NCBI GenBank assembly: GCA_035691845.1
Contig: DASSIN010000066.1
Location: 9,032-73,031, forward strand
From: Candidatus Eiseniibacteriota bacterium
GTDB lineage: Bacteria > Eisenbacteria > RBG-16-71-46
DNA length: 64,000 bases
Reading direction: 5' to 3'
The first letter of the stretch is position 1. Every line of letters begins with the position of its first letter. A program made the position numbers and the translations under genes. This document shows, piece after piece, positions 9,151 to 17,951 of this stretch. The notes under the pieces were generated by a model, which worked only from the letters and a program-made list of their open reading frames with translations, was not told the DNA's origin and searched no databases.

Positions 9151-10019
9151 GAGGAGCGCGTCTGGTCGAGCGCCGCGCGCACGCCGCGGGCGAGATCCTC
9201 GGCGCGTCCAATCCCCCAGTAGTGCAGGAACACGATGCGCGGGGTCTCACCGGTCATGTGCTGATGGATCGCCACGATCTCGATGTTGGCGTGGCGAAGC
9301 GCCCTCAGCACCGGCTGCAGCTCGGACTCGTGCATGGCGAAGTCGCCATCGACGAGGGCGCGATCCATCGACCCCGAGAACGCCGCCCAGGTGTTGACGC
9401 CCATGGCGTTGCCAACGGAATGGCCATGCATGCGCGCCGTGCGGCCGACGGTCACCTTGTAGACGCCTCCCGCAAGCTCCCCCCGATGGCCCAGAATGGC
9501 GGCCAGCTCGTCCGGCTCGAGTCGGCTTCGTGCGGGGTCGATGTCCGCCGTCTTTGGCGGCGTGCCGGGCCGCTCGAGGCGGGCGAGCACCTTCCCCACG
9601 GCCTCGGCGACGTGCTGGAGCGAGCCCGCGCCGCCGACGTGCATGAACATCACGCGCGGGTTCTCGCCCAGGAAATGGTTGTGGAGCGCCGTGACCTCGA
9701 GACCATTGTCGAGCGCCGTGCTCATGACCGGATTGACCTGGTCCTCGGTCAGGACCATGTCCCCCATCACCATCACACCGGACTCGATCGGCTGGAAGGC
9801 GGCCCATGACGTGAGGCCAGACGGCGGCGAGAGCTTGACCCCGCCGACGGTCACGGAGAGATCCGACCGGGGCGCCGACACCTTGAATACGCCTTCGGTG
9901 CGGTCCAGCCTTCCCCTGGTGCCGGTGAGCCGTTCGATGAGGGCCGTGTCGAGGGGCGATGCGGAGTGATGCGACGTCGTGGCCAGCGCGACAACGGTGA
10001 ACGCCGTCAGACAGTTCAT
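9147..10019 (-). CDS. DUF1259 / LppY-LpqO-family secreted protein
   Basis: Signal peptide MNCLTAFTVVALATT; internal duplication (…LHNHFLGENPRVMFMHVGG… / …IHQHMTGETPRIVFLHYWG…) typical of DUF1259; ATG 10019 overlaps upstream stop (ATGA), GGGGAGG RBS. Confidence 0.7.
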   Translation of the reverse strand: MNCLTAFTVVALATTSHHSASPLDTALIERLTGTRGRLDRTEGVFKVSAPRSDLSVTVGGVKLSPPSGLTSWAAFQPIESGVMVMGDMVLTEDQVNPVMSTALDNGLEVTALHNHFLGENPRVMFMHVGGAGSLQHVAEAVGKVLARLERPGTPPKTADIDPARSRLEPDELAAILGHRGELAGGVYKVTVGRTARMHGHSVGNAMGVNTWAAFSGSMDRALVDGDFAMHESELQPVLRALRHANIEIVAIHQHMTGETPRIVFLHYWGIGRAEDLARGVRAALDQTRSS

Positions 10020-10957
10020 GATGCCTCCCCTGCGGCCGGTTCGTCCTCGAATACGAGCGCGCGGTGCGACCGCGGCAGGAACGCGTAGACCCGGTTCGCG
10101 CCGGCGTCGAATGCCAGCGTGTGGGCGCCGGGCTCGGTGACGACGGTTTCCACGCGCGTCCAGCGCGCGACGTCGACGACGTCGATCACGCCGGGATCGC
10201 CGATCGCGACATACAGGTGATTCAGCGCGGGATTGTAGAACACGACGTCCGGTGGGCCGGACAGCGCGAGCGACCGAACGACATGACCCGCCTGGATGTC
10301 CACCGCGCACACCTGCCCGTCGTCGCATGCGCAGTAGAGCAGATGCCGGGCGGCGTCGAGGTCGAGTCCGTGCGGTCCGCGCTGCGGGATCGGGATCGCG
10401 CCGGCGATGCGATCGGGCGAGCGCGCATCGACGATCACGATCTCGGCAGGATCGGCGATGTTGACGAAGAACCGGTCCTGGTCCGGATCGAAGATCGCCC
10501 ACCGCGTCCGGCCCGGCATCGCGATCGTGGCGCGGACGGCGCGGGATGCCACGTCGACGATCGTGACGCTCGCCGAGCCGGGCGCGCCGGGATCGCCGAC
10601 GTTGGCGCACAGCAGCGTGCCGCGACCGGGATCGTGGGCGAGTCCGTTGGGCCGCAGCCCGACCCCGACCTTGGTCACCTCTCCGCCCTCGGCGGCGAAC
10701 ATCGCGATCGTGTTCTCGCCGCGGTTGGAGCTGAACACCAGGCCGCCGATCGAGTCGGTGAGAGCGCCGGCCACGCCCTTCAGACCATCAATGGATCGAA
10801 CGTGACGGGCCGCGTGCGTGTCGATCACGTCCACGGCGTCGTTGGCAGTGTGGGCGACGAACAGCAGCCCCCGCCCGGTGTCGACCGCGGCGTGATCGAA
10901 CGCGCCCGGCCCGAGATGGGCGGGAAGCGCGATCACGCTTGCGTGGTTCAACGGCAT
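10016..10957 (-). CDS. YVTN/NHL-type beta-propeller repeat protein
   Basis: repeated blades (LLFVAHTANDAVDVID, RFFVNIADPAEIVIVD, HLYVAIGDPGVIDVVD); RBS GGAGGGGGAG before ATG 10957. Confidence 0.7.
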   Translation of the reverse strand: MPLNHASVIALPAHLGPGAFDHAAVDTGRGLLFVAHTANDAVDVIDTHAARHVRSIDGLKGVAGALTDSIGGLVFSSNRGENTIAMFAAEGGEVTKVGVGLRPNGLAHDPGRGTLLCANVGDPGAPGSASVTIVDVASRAVRATIAMPGRTRWAIFDPDQDRFFVNIADPAEIVIVDARSPDRIAGAIPIPQRGPHGLDLDAARHLLYCACDDGQVCAVDIQAGHVVRSLALSGPPDVVFYNPALNHLYVAIGDPGVIDVVDVARWTRVETVVTEPGAHTLAFDAGANRVYAFLPRSHRALVFEDEPAAGEAS

Positions 10958-10976
10958 GACGCGCTCCCCCTCCGCC

Positions 10977-11438
10977 TCATCGCACGGCGCCTTCGGGACT
11001 GGCCTTGCCGACCGTCTCCTGGCAGTAGGCGTAGAGCGCGTCGTAGACGATCCATTCGGCCCGGTTCAGCTCGTGATCGTCCTTGAACCCGAGATGTCGG
11101 AAGCCCGTGGCGATGGCCTTGAGCCCCGCCGACTCGCGCTGGTTCCACAGCGTGTTGTCGGTGTCCGCGCCATTGACGATGCGGGCGAGCAGCACGAGCG
11201 CCGGATCGCCGGTCAATCCGTGTTTCTTGACGATCGCGTCGAACGAACACTCCTTGCCGTGATGCCCGAGCTCGACGCCCGTGACGTCGTACGGGATGGC
11301 GCCCTCGCGCTCGGCCGTCGCCATCACCTGATCCGACGGCACGAACAGGAACTCGGCCGCCGGATCGACGAACCTGCGGATGAGCCACGGGCAGGCGACG
11401 CGGTCGACCTTGACGTGCTCGCGGGTGATCCACTTCAT
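10977..11438 (-). CDS. Stand-alone ChrB C-terminal-domain protein (ChrB_C paralog)
   Basis: MKWITREHVKVDRVACPWLIRRFVDPAAEFLFV parallels RARVWVTRRGVLVDRIASAWLIRRFVDPAARFRFV in the adjacent chrB; ATG 11438 overlaps chrB stop (ATGA), AGGAGTG RBS. Confidence 0.7.
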   Translation of the reverse strand: MKWITREHVKVDRVACPWLIRRFVDPAAEFLFVPSDQVMATAEREGAIPYDVTGVELGHHGKECSFDAIVKKHGLTGDPALVLLARIVNGADTDNTLWNQRESAGLKAIATGFRHLGFKDDHELNRAEWIVYDALYAYCQETVGKASPEGAVR

Positions 11439-12370
11439 GGCAGCACTCCTTTCGGGACATGTGGCGTGACCCCTCGGAACGAGGCGTACAGGCAGTCGAA
11501 CAGCGGCCATCCTCTTTCCAGCCGGGCGTGGTCGTCGGCTTCGATGGCCGCGAGCCCGGCGATGAAGCTGGCGAGCCCCGGACCCTCGGCGCGGCCGTAC
11601 TTGCCGTCCTTGAGGTCCAGGTCGTGGACGGTCTCGGCCATCTGGCGCAACGCCGTGTCGCGCGGCTGCAGGCGCGCCGTCAGCGTCTCGAACGTGCAGC
11701 GATCCCCCTCGTGCGTGAACTCGCCGCCCGCCATGTCGAAACGCAGCTCGCCCGGCGCGATCGCATCGCCCGGGGCCACGAACCGGAACCGCGCGGCCGG
11801 ATCGACGAACCGCCGGATGAGCCAGGCACTCGCGATCCTGTCCACCAGCACGCCGCGGCGCGTCACCCACACGCGCGCGCGGTAGTCGTCGGGCGCGGGC
11901 TTCGCCGGCGACGCCGCGGGCGCTGCGGCGGCGGGCGGCGCTTCCTGCGCCAGGCGCCGGCGCAATCGGGCGAGACGCGCGCCGGCCGTGCGGCGATCCG
12001 ATGGCCGCGCGCGCACCGTGCCCCGGGCGATGCCCTCGAGCCGCTCGATCTGGGCGAGCGCCTGCCGGCGGCGGCGCTCGAGTTCCCGCGCGTGGCCGCG
12101 ATCGAGCGCGATGTGGTCGCGCGCGTCGAGCCACAGCACGACGCACGGCATCGCCTTGCCGCGCCGGCGCTCGAGCTGCCGCCCGGCCGCCGCCATCGCC
12201 GCGCGCGCGCCGGGGCCGTCGGGCAGCGCGTAGACGCCATCACGCACCGCCACCGCGCCGATCCGTCGCAACGACCTGCGGACGTGGACGCGGTCGGCGG
12301 CCAGGCGTGGCATGCGCTCCGCGATCAGCGCGATCCATCCGGCCGATGCCGCCTCGGATTCAGCTGCCAT
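11435..12370 (-). CDS. chrB: Chromate resistance regulator ChrB (N-terminal ChrB domain + ChrB_C domain)
   Basis: 311 aa; N-terminal DGVYALPDGPGARAAM.., C-terminal WLIRRFVDPAARFRFV motif; first gene of co-directional coupled operon. Confidence 0.75.
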   Translation of the reverse strand: MAAESEAASAGWIALIAERMPRLAADRVHVRRSLRRIGAVAVRDGVYALPDGPGARAAMAAAGRQLERRRGKAMPCVVLWLDARDHIALDRGHARELERRRRQALAQIERLEGIARGTVRARPSDRRTAGARLARLRRRLAQEAPPAAAAPAASPAKPAPDDYRARVWVTRRGVLVDRIASAWLIRRFVDPAARFRFVAPGDAIAPGELRFDMAGGEFTHEGDRCTFETLTARLQPRDTALRQMAETVHDLDLKDGKYGRAEGPGLASFIAGLAAIEADDHARLERGWPLFDCLYASFRGVTPHVPKGVLP

Positions 12371-12411
12371 GGCCTACGGATACCACCCCGCGTGCGGGTC
12401 CGCAACACAAA

Positions 12412-12427
12412 TGATTCGCACGAATCA
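12412..12427. promoter_or_regulatory. AT-rich palindrome TGATTCG-CA-CGAATCA in the chrB / eamA divergent intergenic region: candidate operator
   Basis: perfect 7-bp inverted repeat embedded in a locally low-GC island (aacacaaatgattcgcacgaatcacttatgtgatgg) within the 114-bp divergent promoter region 12371..12484. Confidence 0.4.
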
Positions 12428-12484
12428 CTTATGTGATGGACGTGGAGGGTTGGCGGCCCGCGCGGTTCGTGCTGCAATGGGCCG

Positions 12485-13558
12485 ATGGCTGTCGCCCGGA
12501 GACCGACGCGCACCCGGCTCGAGGTGCTGCTCGGGGCGCTGGCGTTCGCGGCCAGCGTCCCCGCCGGCAAGTTGCTGCTGCGCGGGCTCGCGCCGCTGGC
12601 GTTGTCCGGCGGGCTCTACCTGGCCGCCGGCGCGTTGTGCGCTGCGCTGCTGGCGCTGCAGTCCAGGCGCCAGCGACGCGAGCGCAACCGGCTGCAGGGC
12701 CGCGAGTGGTGGTGGCTGCTGTTGGCGATCGCATTCGGCGGCGTGCTCGGGCCGCTCGCGCTGTTCCACGGCCTGCGTCTGACCAGCGGCCACGTGGCCG
12801 GCCTGCTGCTGAACTTCGAGGCGGTGTTCACGGTCGCGCTCGGCGCCGTGCTGTCGCGCGAGCGCGTCGGCGCTCGAGGCGCGCAGGGCATCGGGCTCGT
12901 TATCGGCAGCGCCGTGCTGCTCGCCGCCACGGGCGAGCCCCACGCGTCCGCGGCCACGCGTCCGCTCGGACCGCTGCTGATCGTGGCGGCGTGCGCATGC
13001 TGGGGGCTCGACAACAACTTCACCCAGCACATCAGCCTGCGCGATGCGCGCCAGATCGTCGCGCTCAAGGGACTCATCGGCGGGGCCGCCAGCGTGTCGA
13101 TGGCGGCCGCGTTCGGCCAGCTCGGCGGTTGGTCGGCCGGCACCATCGCGGCCGTGGTGTGCGTGGGAGCCGTGTCCTACGGGGTCTCGATCGTGCTGTT
13201 CATCCGCGGCCTGCGGGCGCTGGGTGTCATCCACACCGGCGCGCTGTTCGCGCTCGCCCCCGGGTTCGCGGCCGTGTTGTCGTGGCTGGTGCTGCGCGAG
13301 CCCATCCATGCCGGCGCGCTGCTCGCCCTCGCCGGCATGACCGGCGGCGCCCTGTTGCTGGCGACCGATGTCCACGCGCACGAGCACGTCCACGAAGCGC
13401 TGGAGCACGCCCACCCGCACGAGCACGACGCGCACCACCAGCATGCGCACACGCCCGAGCAGCTGGACCAGGCGCCGCATGCCCACTGGCACCGCCACGA
13501 GCCGCTGGTCCACCGCCATGAGCATTCCCACGACCTCCACCACCGCCACCGGCACTGA
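12485..13558 (+). CDS. EamA/DMT-family transporter with ~60-aa His-rich C-terminal tail
   Basis: 10 predicted TM helices, two EamA halves; tail HAHEHVHEALEHAHPHEHDAHHQHAH...HAHWHRHEPLVHRHEHSHDLHHRHRH. Confidence 0.8.
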   Translation: MAVARRPTRTRLEVLLGALAFAASVPAGKLLLRGLAPLALSGGLYLAAGALCAALLALQSRRQRRERNRLQGREWWWLLLAIAFGGVLGPLALFHGLRLTSGHVAGLLLNFEAVFTVALGAVLSRERVGARGAQGIGLVIGSAVLLAATGEPHASAATRPLGPLLIVAACACWGLDNNFTQHISLRDARQIVALKGLIGGAASVSMAAAFGQLGGWSAGTIAAVVCVGAVSYGVSIVLFIRGLRALGVIHTGALFALAPGFAAVLSWLVLREPIHAGALLALAGMTGGALLLATDVHAHEHVHEALEHAHPHEHDAHHQHAHTPEQLDQAPHAHWHRHEPLVHRHEHSHDLHHRHRH

Positions 13559-13561
13559 ACG

Positions 13562-15202
13562 ATGTCCGCGCCCGCCCTCGACGCGCTCATCGTCGGCGCC
13601 GGACCCACCGGTCTGGCGCTGGCGGCGCAGCTCGCCCGCCTCGGCGCCCGGTTCCGCATCGTCGATCGTTCGTTCGATCGGGCGCGCGAATCGCGGGCGC
13701 TCGGCGTGCAGGCGCGCACGCTCGAGTGCCTTGACCAGATCGGGCTCGCCGACCCGCTCGTCGCATGCGGCCGCACGGGCACGCGCGTGGCCGTGCACCT
13801 AGGCGCGCGGCGCGTGGCCGGAATCACGCTCGGCGACGTGCGTGCCACCGACACCCGCTACCCGTTCATCCTGTTCGTGTCGCAGGCGGAGACCGAACGG
13901 CTGCTGAACGAGCACCTGGCATCCGCCGGCGTGACGGTGGAGCGCGGCGTCGAACTGACGGGGTTCGCGGCCGCCGATGCGCAGTTCGTGTGCACGCTGC
14001 GCCACGCGGGCGGCGACGAGGAGCGGGCGGCGGCGGCGTATCTGGTCGGCTGCGACGGCGCGCACAGCAGCGTGCGGAACCAGGCCGGATTCGCGTTCGA
14101 GGGAGGCAGCTACCCGCAGGACTTCGCGCTCGGCGACGTGGAGGCGGACGGCCCGCTCGAGCCCGGGGCGATCAACGCCTTCGCTGCGGGGGGCGGCATC
14201 GCCATGCTGTTCCCGCTCGGCCGGCCCACGACCTGGCGCGTGATCGCGATGGCCACCGAACGCGCGCATGACATGTCGCCGCCTGCGAGTCCCGCGACGG
14301 CCGGGCTCACGCTGGCGGAGCTGCAGCGCATGCTGGACGCTCCGACCGGGGGCACGATCCGCGTGCGCGACCCGGCGTGGCTCACCCGCTTCCACCTGCA
14401 CCATCGGCAGGTCGGACACTATCGTGCCGGGCGCGTGTTCCTCGCCGGCGACGCCGCCCACATCCACAGCCCGGTGGGCGCGCAGGGCATGAACACCGGC
14501 ATCCAGGACGCGTGGAACCTCGGCTGGAAGCTCGCGCTCGTGTCGCGCGGCGCGGCGCGGGAGCCGCTGCTCGACACCTACGAGCTGGAACGCTGGCCGG
14601 TGGGCCGGTTCCTGCTGCGCTACACCGATCGCATCTTCGGACTCGTCACGCGCGCGATGTCGGCGGGGCCGGTGGCGTCGTGGGGGCGCGAGCTGATCGT
14701 GCCGCGGGTGCTGCCCGCGGTGGGCGCGGCCTCGTGGTTACGATCGGCGGCGTTTCGGTTCGTGTCGGAGCTCGCGATCCGCTATCGCCGCAGCCCCCTG
14801 GCGGAGGAGGGTGTGCCGCGCCTGCACGGCGGGCCGCGCGCGGGCGACCGGCTGCCGGACGCGCGCCTGACGCTGGATGGCGAGGCCGCATGGCTGCAAC
14901 GGGTCGCCGCCGGCCCGCGCTTCACGCTGTTGCGGTGCGAGGACGCGCGGGTGCGGGACGAACGGGCGGACGGGTGGATGGACGCGCACCGAGACGTGCT
15001 CGAGATCCGCCGGCTGTCGTCCCGGGCGACGCCGGGAGCGCTGGTCGACACGAGCGGCGATACGCTGAAGCTGCTCGGCGCCGACCGCGGCGCGCACTAC
15101 CTGATCCGGCCGGACGGCTACGTGGGCTATCGAGCGGCCGGCCCGGATCTCGAGGGTGTGCGCGCGTACCTGGACCGCTGGCTCATCCGCGGCGCCCCAT
15201 GA
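13562..15202 (+). CDS. FAD-dependent aromatic-ring monooxygenase (PheA/TfdB class) with C-terminal thioredoxin-like domain
   Basis: N-terminal DALIVGAGPTGLALAAQLARLG Rossmann motif, GDAAHIHSPVGAQGMNTGIQDAWNLGWKL FAD motif, C-terminal ~150-aa extension; starts 4 nt after eamA stop. Confidence 0.85.
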   Translation: MSAPALDALIVGAGPTGLALAAQLARLGARFRIVDRSFDRARESRALGVQARTLECLDQIGLADPLVACGRTGTRVAVHLGARRVAGITLGDVRATDTRYPFILFVSQAETERLLNEHLASAGVTVERGVELTGFAAADAQFVCTLRHAGGDEERAAAAYLVGCDGAHSSVRNQAGFAFEGGSYPQDFALGDVEADGPLEPGAINAFAAGGGIAMLFPLGRPTTWRVIAMATERAHDMSPPASPATAGLTLAELQRMLDAPTGGTIRVRDPAWLTRFHLHHRQVGHYRAGRVFLAGDAAHIHSPVGAQGMNTGIQDAWNLGWKLALVSRGAAREPLLDTYELERWPVGRFLLRYTDRIFGLVTRAMSAGPVASWGRELIVPRVLPAVGAASWLRSAAFRFVSELAIRYRRSPLAEEGVPRLHGGPRAGDRLPDARLTLDGEAAWLQRVAAGPRFTLLRCEDARVRDERADGWMDAHRDVLEIRRLSSRATPGALVDTSGDTLKLLGADRGAHYLIRPDGYVGYRAAGPDLEGVRAYLDRWLIRGAP

Positions 15203-15214
15203 TCGCGATCCGGG

Positions 15215-16597
15215 CTAGCGCAGGGCGGCGTGGAGGAACAGCAGCGTCGAGGCCGGCGTGTCGCCGTAGTCGTCGTGCAGCGCGGCGGGAATCCGCGACA
15301 GCGTGCCCGCGCCGCCGATCCCGAGCGCCACGTGATCGCGGCGCAGGAAATCGTAGCGATAGCCGGCCGTGAGTTCGCCGACCTCGAACACCTGACCCGC
15401 GCGCGGATCGGGCGCGAGCAATAGCTCGTCCTTGGCGACCCGTTCGAGCCGCACGAACATGGTGTGCCGCTCGCCGCTCTGCAGCGCGCCCTCGGCCGTG
15501 TACGCATCGAGCGTGCGGCCCGGGGGGTTGCGGTTCCGTCCCCATGCCACCATGCCCTCCCACCGCCCGGTGTCGCCCCACGTGCCGTCGTACATCGCCG
15601 AGGCGGTGATGCGGTCCTGGTTCACGTCGGGCTCGAGCTGCTCGGGGCTGTGGATCCGCCCGTAGCTCGCCTGCAGCGCCCAGCGGTCGGTGGGATTGAC
15701 CGACAGCCGGAACGCATGCGAGTCGAGCTTGGGCGTTTCGACGTTCCAGCGGTTCTGGTCCGGCTCCCGCCCGCGGAACACGGACGCCTCGAGCTTGACC
15801 CGCGCGATCACGGCGCCGGCCGTCAGCACGCCGTAGGTGATGTGCGTCGAATCGAGCCAGTGGTGGGTGATCGGCGCCACCGGGATGTTCATTCCCGAGA
15901 AGCGGTGCATGAACGCCGGCGGGCCGAGCGCGGGCTCGCCCGGCAGGCCGCCGTAGACGAACAGCGAGCGGTCGCCGCTCGCCACGCTGTACGTGCCGGC
16001 CAGCTCCATGAACAGATCGTGGGGGTGCTGGCGGTCGATCAGCGGCGTGACCCCGTCGGCGGTCTCGCCGGTCTGCAGCAGCAGCGGGTAGCCCTTGCTC
16101 CCGATCGTCGCCGGCTCGAGCGACAGCATCGATCGCAGGCCGAACGTGCCCACGCCCAGCGGCCGCTGCGCCATCGCCATCGCCATGTTGCTGCTGAAGC
16201 TCCGATTGTCGCCGCGCGGCCCGCCCTGCTCGTCGTACACGCCGTCGGCGAAGCCGTGCAGCATCAGCATCCACGGGCCGCGCATGACGTGCACGCCCTC
16301 GTGGCGCGCCGCCTCGGGCTGCCACGAGGTGCCGGACGCTTCGCGCGTCATGGCGTATGGCCCCAACATGCCGGTCATCGGCATCGCGCCCATGTCCATA
16401 CCGGCCATGTCCATGCCGCCATGCGCCGCGTGGTGCGTCGGCGCGGCGTGCGCGTGCGCCGCAGGCATCGCGCCGTGACGGGCGGTCGAATCGGCCGCGG
16501 CGGGATGATGGTGATGCATCTGGGCGTGGGCGGCGGTGGGGAACGACAGCGCCGCGATCACGCCGGCCAGGGCCCATCGTCGCGGAAGCCCACTCAT
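15215..16597 (-). CDS. Putative outer-membrane beta-barrel protein with His/Met-rich N-terminal segment (metal-binding; CopB/PcoB-like architecture)
   Basis: Signal peptide MSGLPRRWALAGVIAALSFPTAAHA then QMHHHHPAA..HAHAAPTHHAAHGGMDMAGMDMGAMPMTGM; remainder rich in alternating beta-strand pattern, C-terminal aromatic; ATG 16597 overlaps cytochrome stop (ATGA). Six-frame ORF 15215..17419 N-terminal extension is an out-of-frame readthrough of the cytochrome gene. Confidence 0.6.
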   Translation of the reverse strand: MSGLPRRWALAGVIAALSFPTAAHAQMHHHHPAAADSTARHGAMPAAHAHAAPTHHAAHGGMDMAGMDMGAMPMTGMLGPYAMTREASGTSWQPEAARHEGVHVMRGPWMLMLHGFADGVYDEQGGPRGDNRSFSSNMAMAMAQRPLGVGTFGLRSMLSLEPATIGSKGYPLLLQTGETADGVTPLIDRQHPHDLFMELAGTYSVASGDRSLFVYGGLPGEPALGPPAFMHRFSGMNIPVAPITHHWLDSTHITYGVLTAGAVIARVKLEASVFRGREPDQNRWNVETPKLDSHAFRLSVNPTDRWALQASYGRIHSPEQLEPDVNQDRITASAMYDGTWGDTGRWEGMVAWGRNRNPPGRTLDAYTAEGALQSGERHTMFVRLERVAKDELLLAPDPRAGQVFEVGELTAGYRYDFLRRDHVALGIGGAGTLSRIPAALHDDYGDTPASTLLFLHAALR

Positions 16598-17403
16598 GGC
16601 TGCTCCCTGACGAGTTGCGCGTGAACACCCGGGGACCGCAGCCACGAGACGTACGCCCACAGCGCCGGAACGTCTCCGGGTCGGATGTGCTTTTCGAATG
16701 CCGGCATCTTCACCGCCTCGCGGCGCAGGAAGAACGCGGCGAACGGATTGGTCTCGAAGCGCCGGCTGACGCCACGCTCGACCCACTGCCGGAACTCGGT
16801 GCTGTCGCGCACCAGCTCCCGGAAGTCGCTCCCGTCCCACGATGGGATGCAGTCCTTCCACGCGCCGGGGTTCTGGCGCGCCAGGCGCCCGCCCGGACCG
16901 TGGCAGCCGACGCACCCCAGGTCCTCCGCTCGCTGCAGTCCCAACGCGACCAGCGAATCGTCCGGCTCCGGCATGCCCGATGCGGCCATCACGTAGGCCA
17001 CGAGGTCGTCGATGTCCCGCTCGCGCAGCCTGCCCTTGAACGCCGGCATCTTGAGGGCACCGCGCTCGCGGTCGGCCCGCCACGTGACGCTCGCCGCCTT
17101 CCTCGTGGTGACGCCGTCGTGGATCCACTGGTGGATGTCGTCCGGCGTCTTGGCGAACATCATCACGTCGTCGGCGAAGTTGGGGACGGTCTTGTCCATG
17201 CGACCGGGATTGTTCGCCCCGTGCAGCCCCCCGGCGCCATGGCAGCCGAAACAACCGGTGCGCTCCGCCACCCGCCGGCCGCGTTCGGCCGCGGGCAGAT
17301 CCGGGCGCCGCGCGAACGCCACCGCCCCCACCACCACGACCATGCCGACCGCCACTCCCGCCATCCATCGCATGCTCGGCTCCCGTAGGAGCGCGCCCGT
17401 CAC
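16594..17403 (-). CDS. Diheme c-type cytochrome (two class-I cyt c domains)
   Basis: Two CxxCH (CFGCH, CVGCH), each followed by a ...KMPAF... Met-ligand segment, an internal duplication; N-terminal TM/signal anchor MRWMAGVAVGMVVVVGAVAF. Confidence 0.8.
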   Translation of the reverse strand: MTGALLREPSMRWMAGVAVGMVVVVGAVAFARRPDLPAAERGRRVAERTGCFGCHGAGGLHGANNPGRMDKTVPNFADDVMMFAKTPDDIHQWIHDGVTTRKAASVTWRADRERGALKMPAFKGRLRERDIDDLVAYVMAASGMPEPDDSLVALGLQRAEDLGCVGCHGPGGRLARQNPGAWKDCIPSWDGSDFRELVRDSTEFRQWVERGVSRRFETNPFAAFFLRREAVKMPAFEKHIRPGDVPALWAYVSWLRSPGVHAQLVREQP

Positions 17404-17431
17404 CGGACGCGCTCCGCATGGTGGACGCTGG

Positions 17432-17824
17432 CTACCGGCTCGCGACCTGCACGGCGCTGGCTTCGATCGCCTTCGTTCCGCTGCGCGTCAGCAGCTCGCC
17501 GGTCACGGCGACGGTCTTGCCGGCCATGCCCTTCAGAGAGTTGTAGGGGTCGGCGTTGTCGTGGTCGAGCGTCACGAGGTAGAGCGTGCCGTTGCTCGTG
17601 AGCAGCCCCATCGGCATGCCCTGGTTGAGACACTTGGTGGCGCACGACACGTGGTCCGCGCCGCGCGCTTCGTGCCCCAGCCAGCAGCCCATGTCCACCA
17701 CTTCGCCGGTGATGGTCTTCCGCACCACCTTTTCGCCCGGCATGTGGTGGCCTTCGTGGGCGATGGCGGGGGCGGCGAAGCCGAGAACGGCCAGGGCGGC
17801 GAACATATGGGTGATGCGGGTCAT
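17432..17824 (-). CDS. Small secreted His/Cys-containing protein (possible periplasmic metal-binding protein)
   Basis: Signal peptide MFAALAVLGFAAPAIA followed by HEGHHMPGEK; motif DMGCW..H..C...C; high GC3; co-directional 28 nt upstream of cytochrome gene. Confidence 0.55.
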   Translation of the reverse strand: MTRITHMFAALAVLGFAAPAIAHEGHHMPGEKVVRKTITGEVVDMGCWLGHEARGADHVSCATKCLNQGMPMGLLTSNGTLYLVTLDHDNADPYNSLKGMAGKTVAVTGELLTRSGTKAIEASAVQVASR

Positions 17825-17951
17825 GAGAACTCCTCCGTTGGAAGTCGAGGATCCGCGCCGTGGCGCGGATGACAGGCGTGAGTCGGATGGGCGCCATCAC
17901 GCCCGGACCGGCACGCGGAAACACCGCCTGCCTGCCGGGCGGGCAGCCGGA

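Noticed and set aside
9147-10610. N-terminal 197 aa of ORF 9147..10610
   Set aside because: Arg-rich junk overlapping the real YVTN gene in another frame; true start is ATG 10019 with RBS and ATGA coupling
12425-13854. Antisense ORFs 12425..13798(-), 12433..13521(+), 13177..13854(-) over the eamA gene
   Set aside because: Low-complexity Arg/Ala/Pro translations; the EamA frame shows 10 TM helices and a coherent family signature
15215-17419. Apparent 734-aa fusion ORF
   Set aside because: N-terminal 274 aa is the cytochrome gene read out of frame; the real OMP gene starts at ATG 16597, overlapping the cytochrome stop
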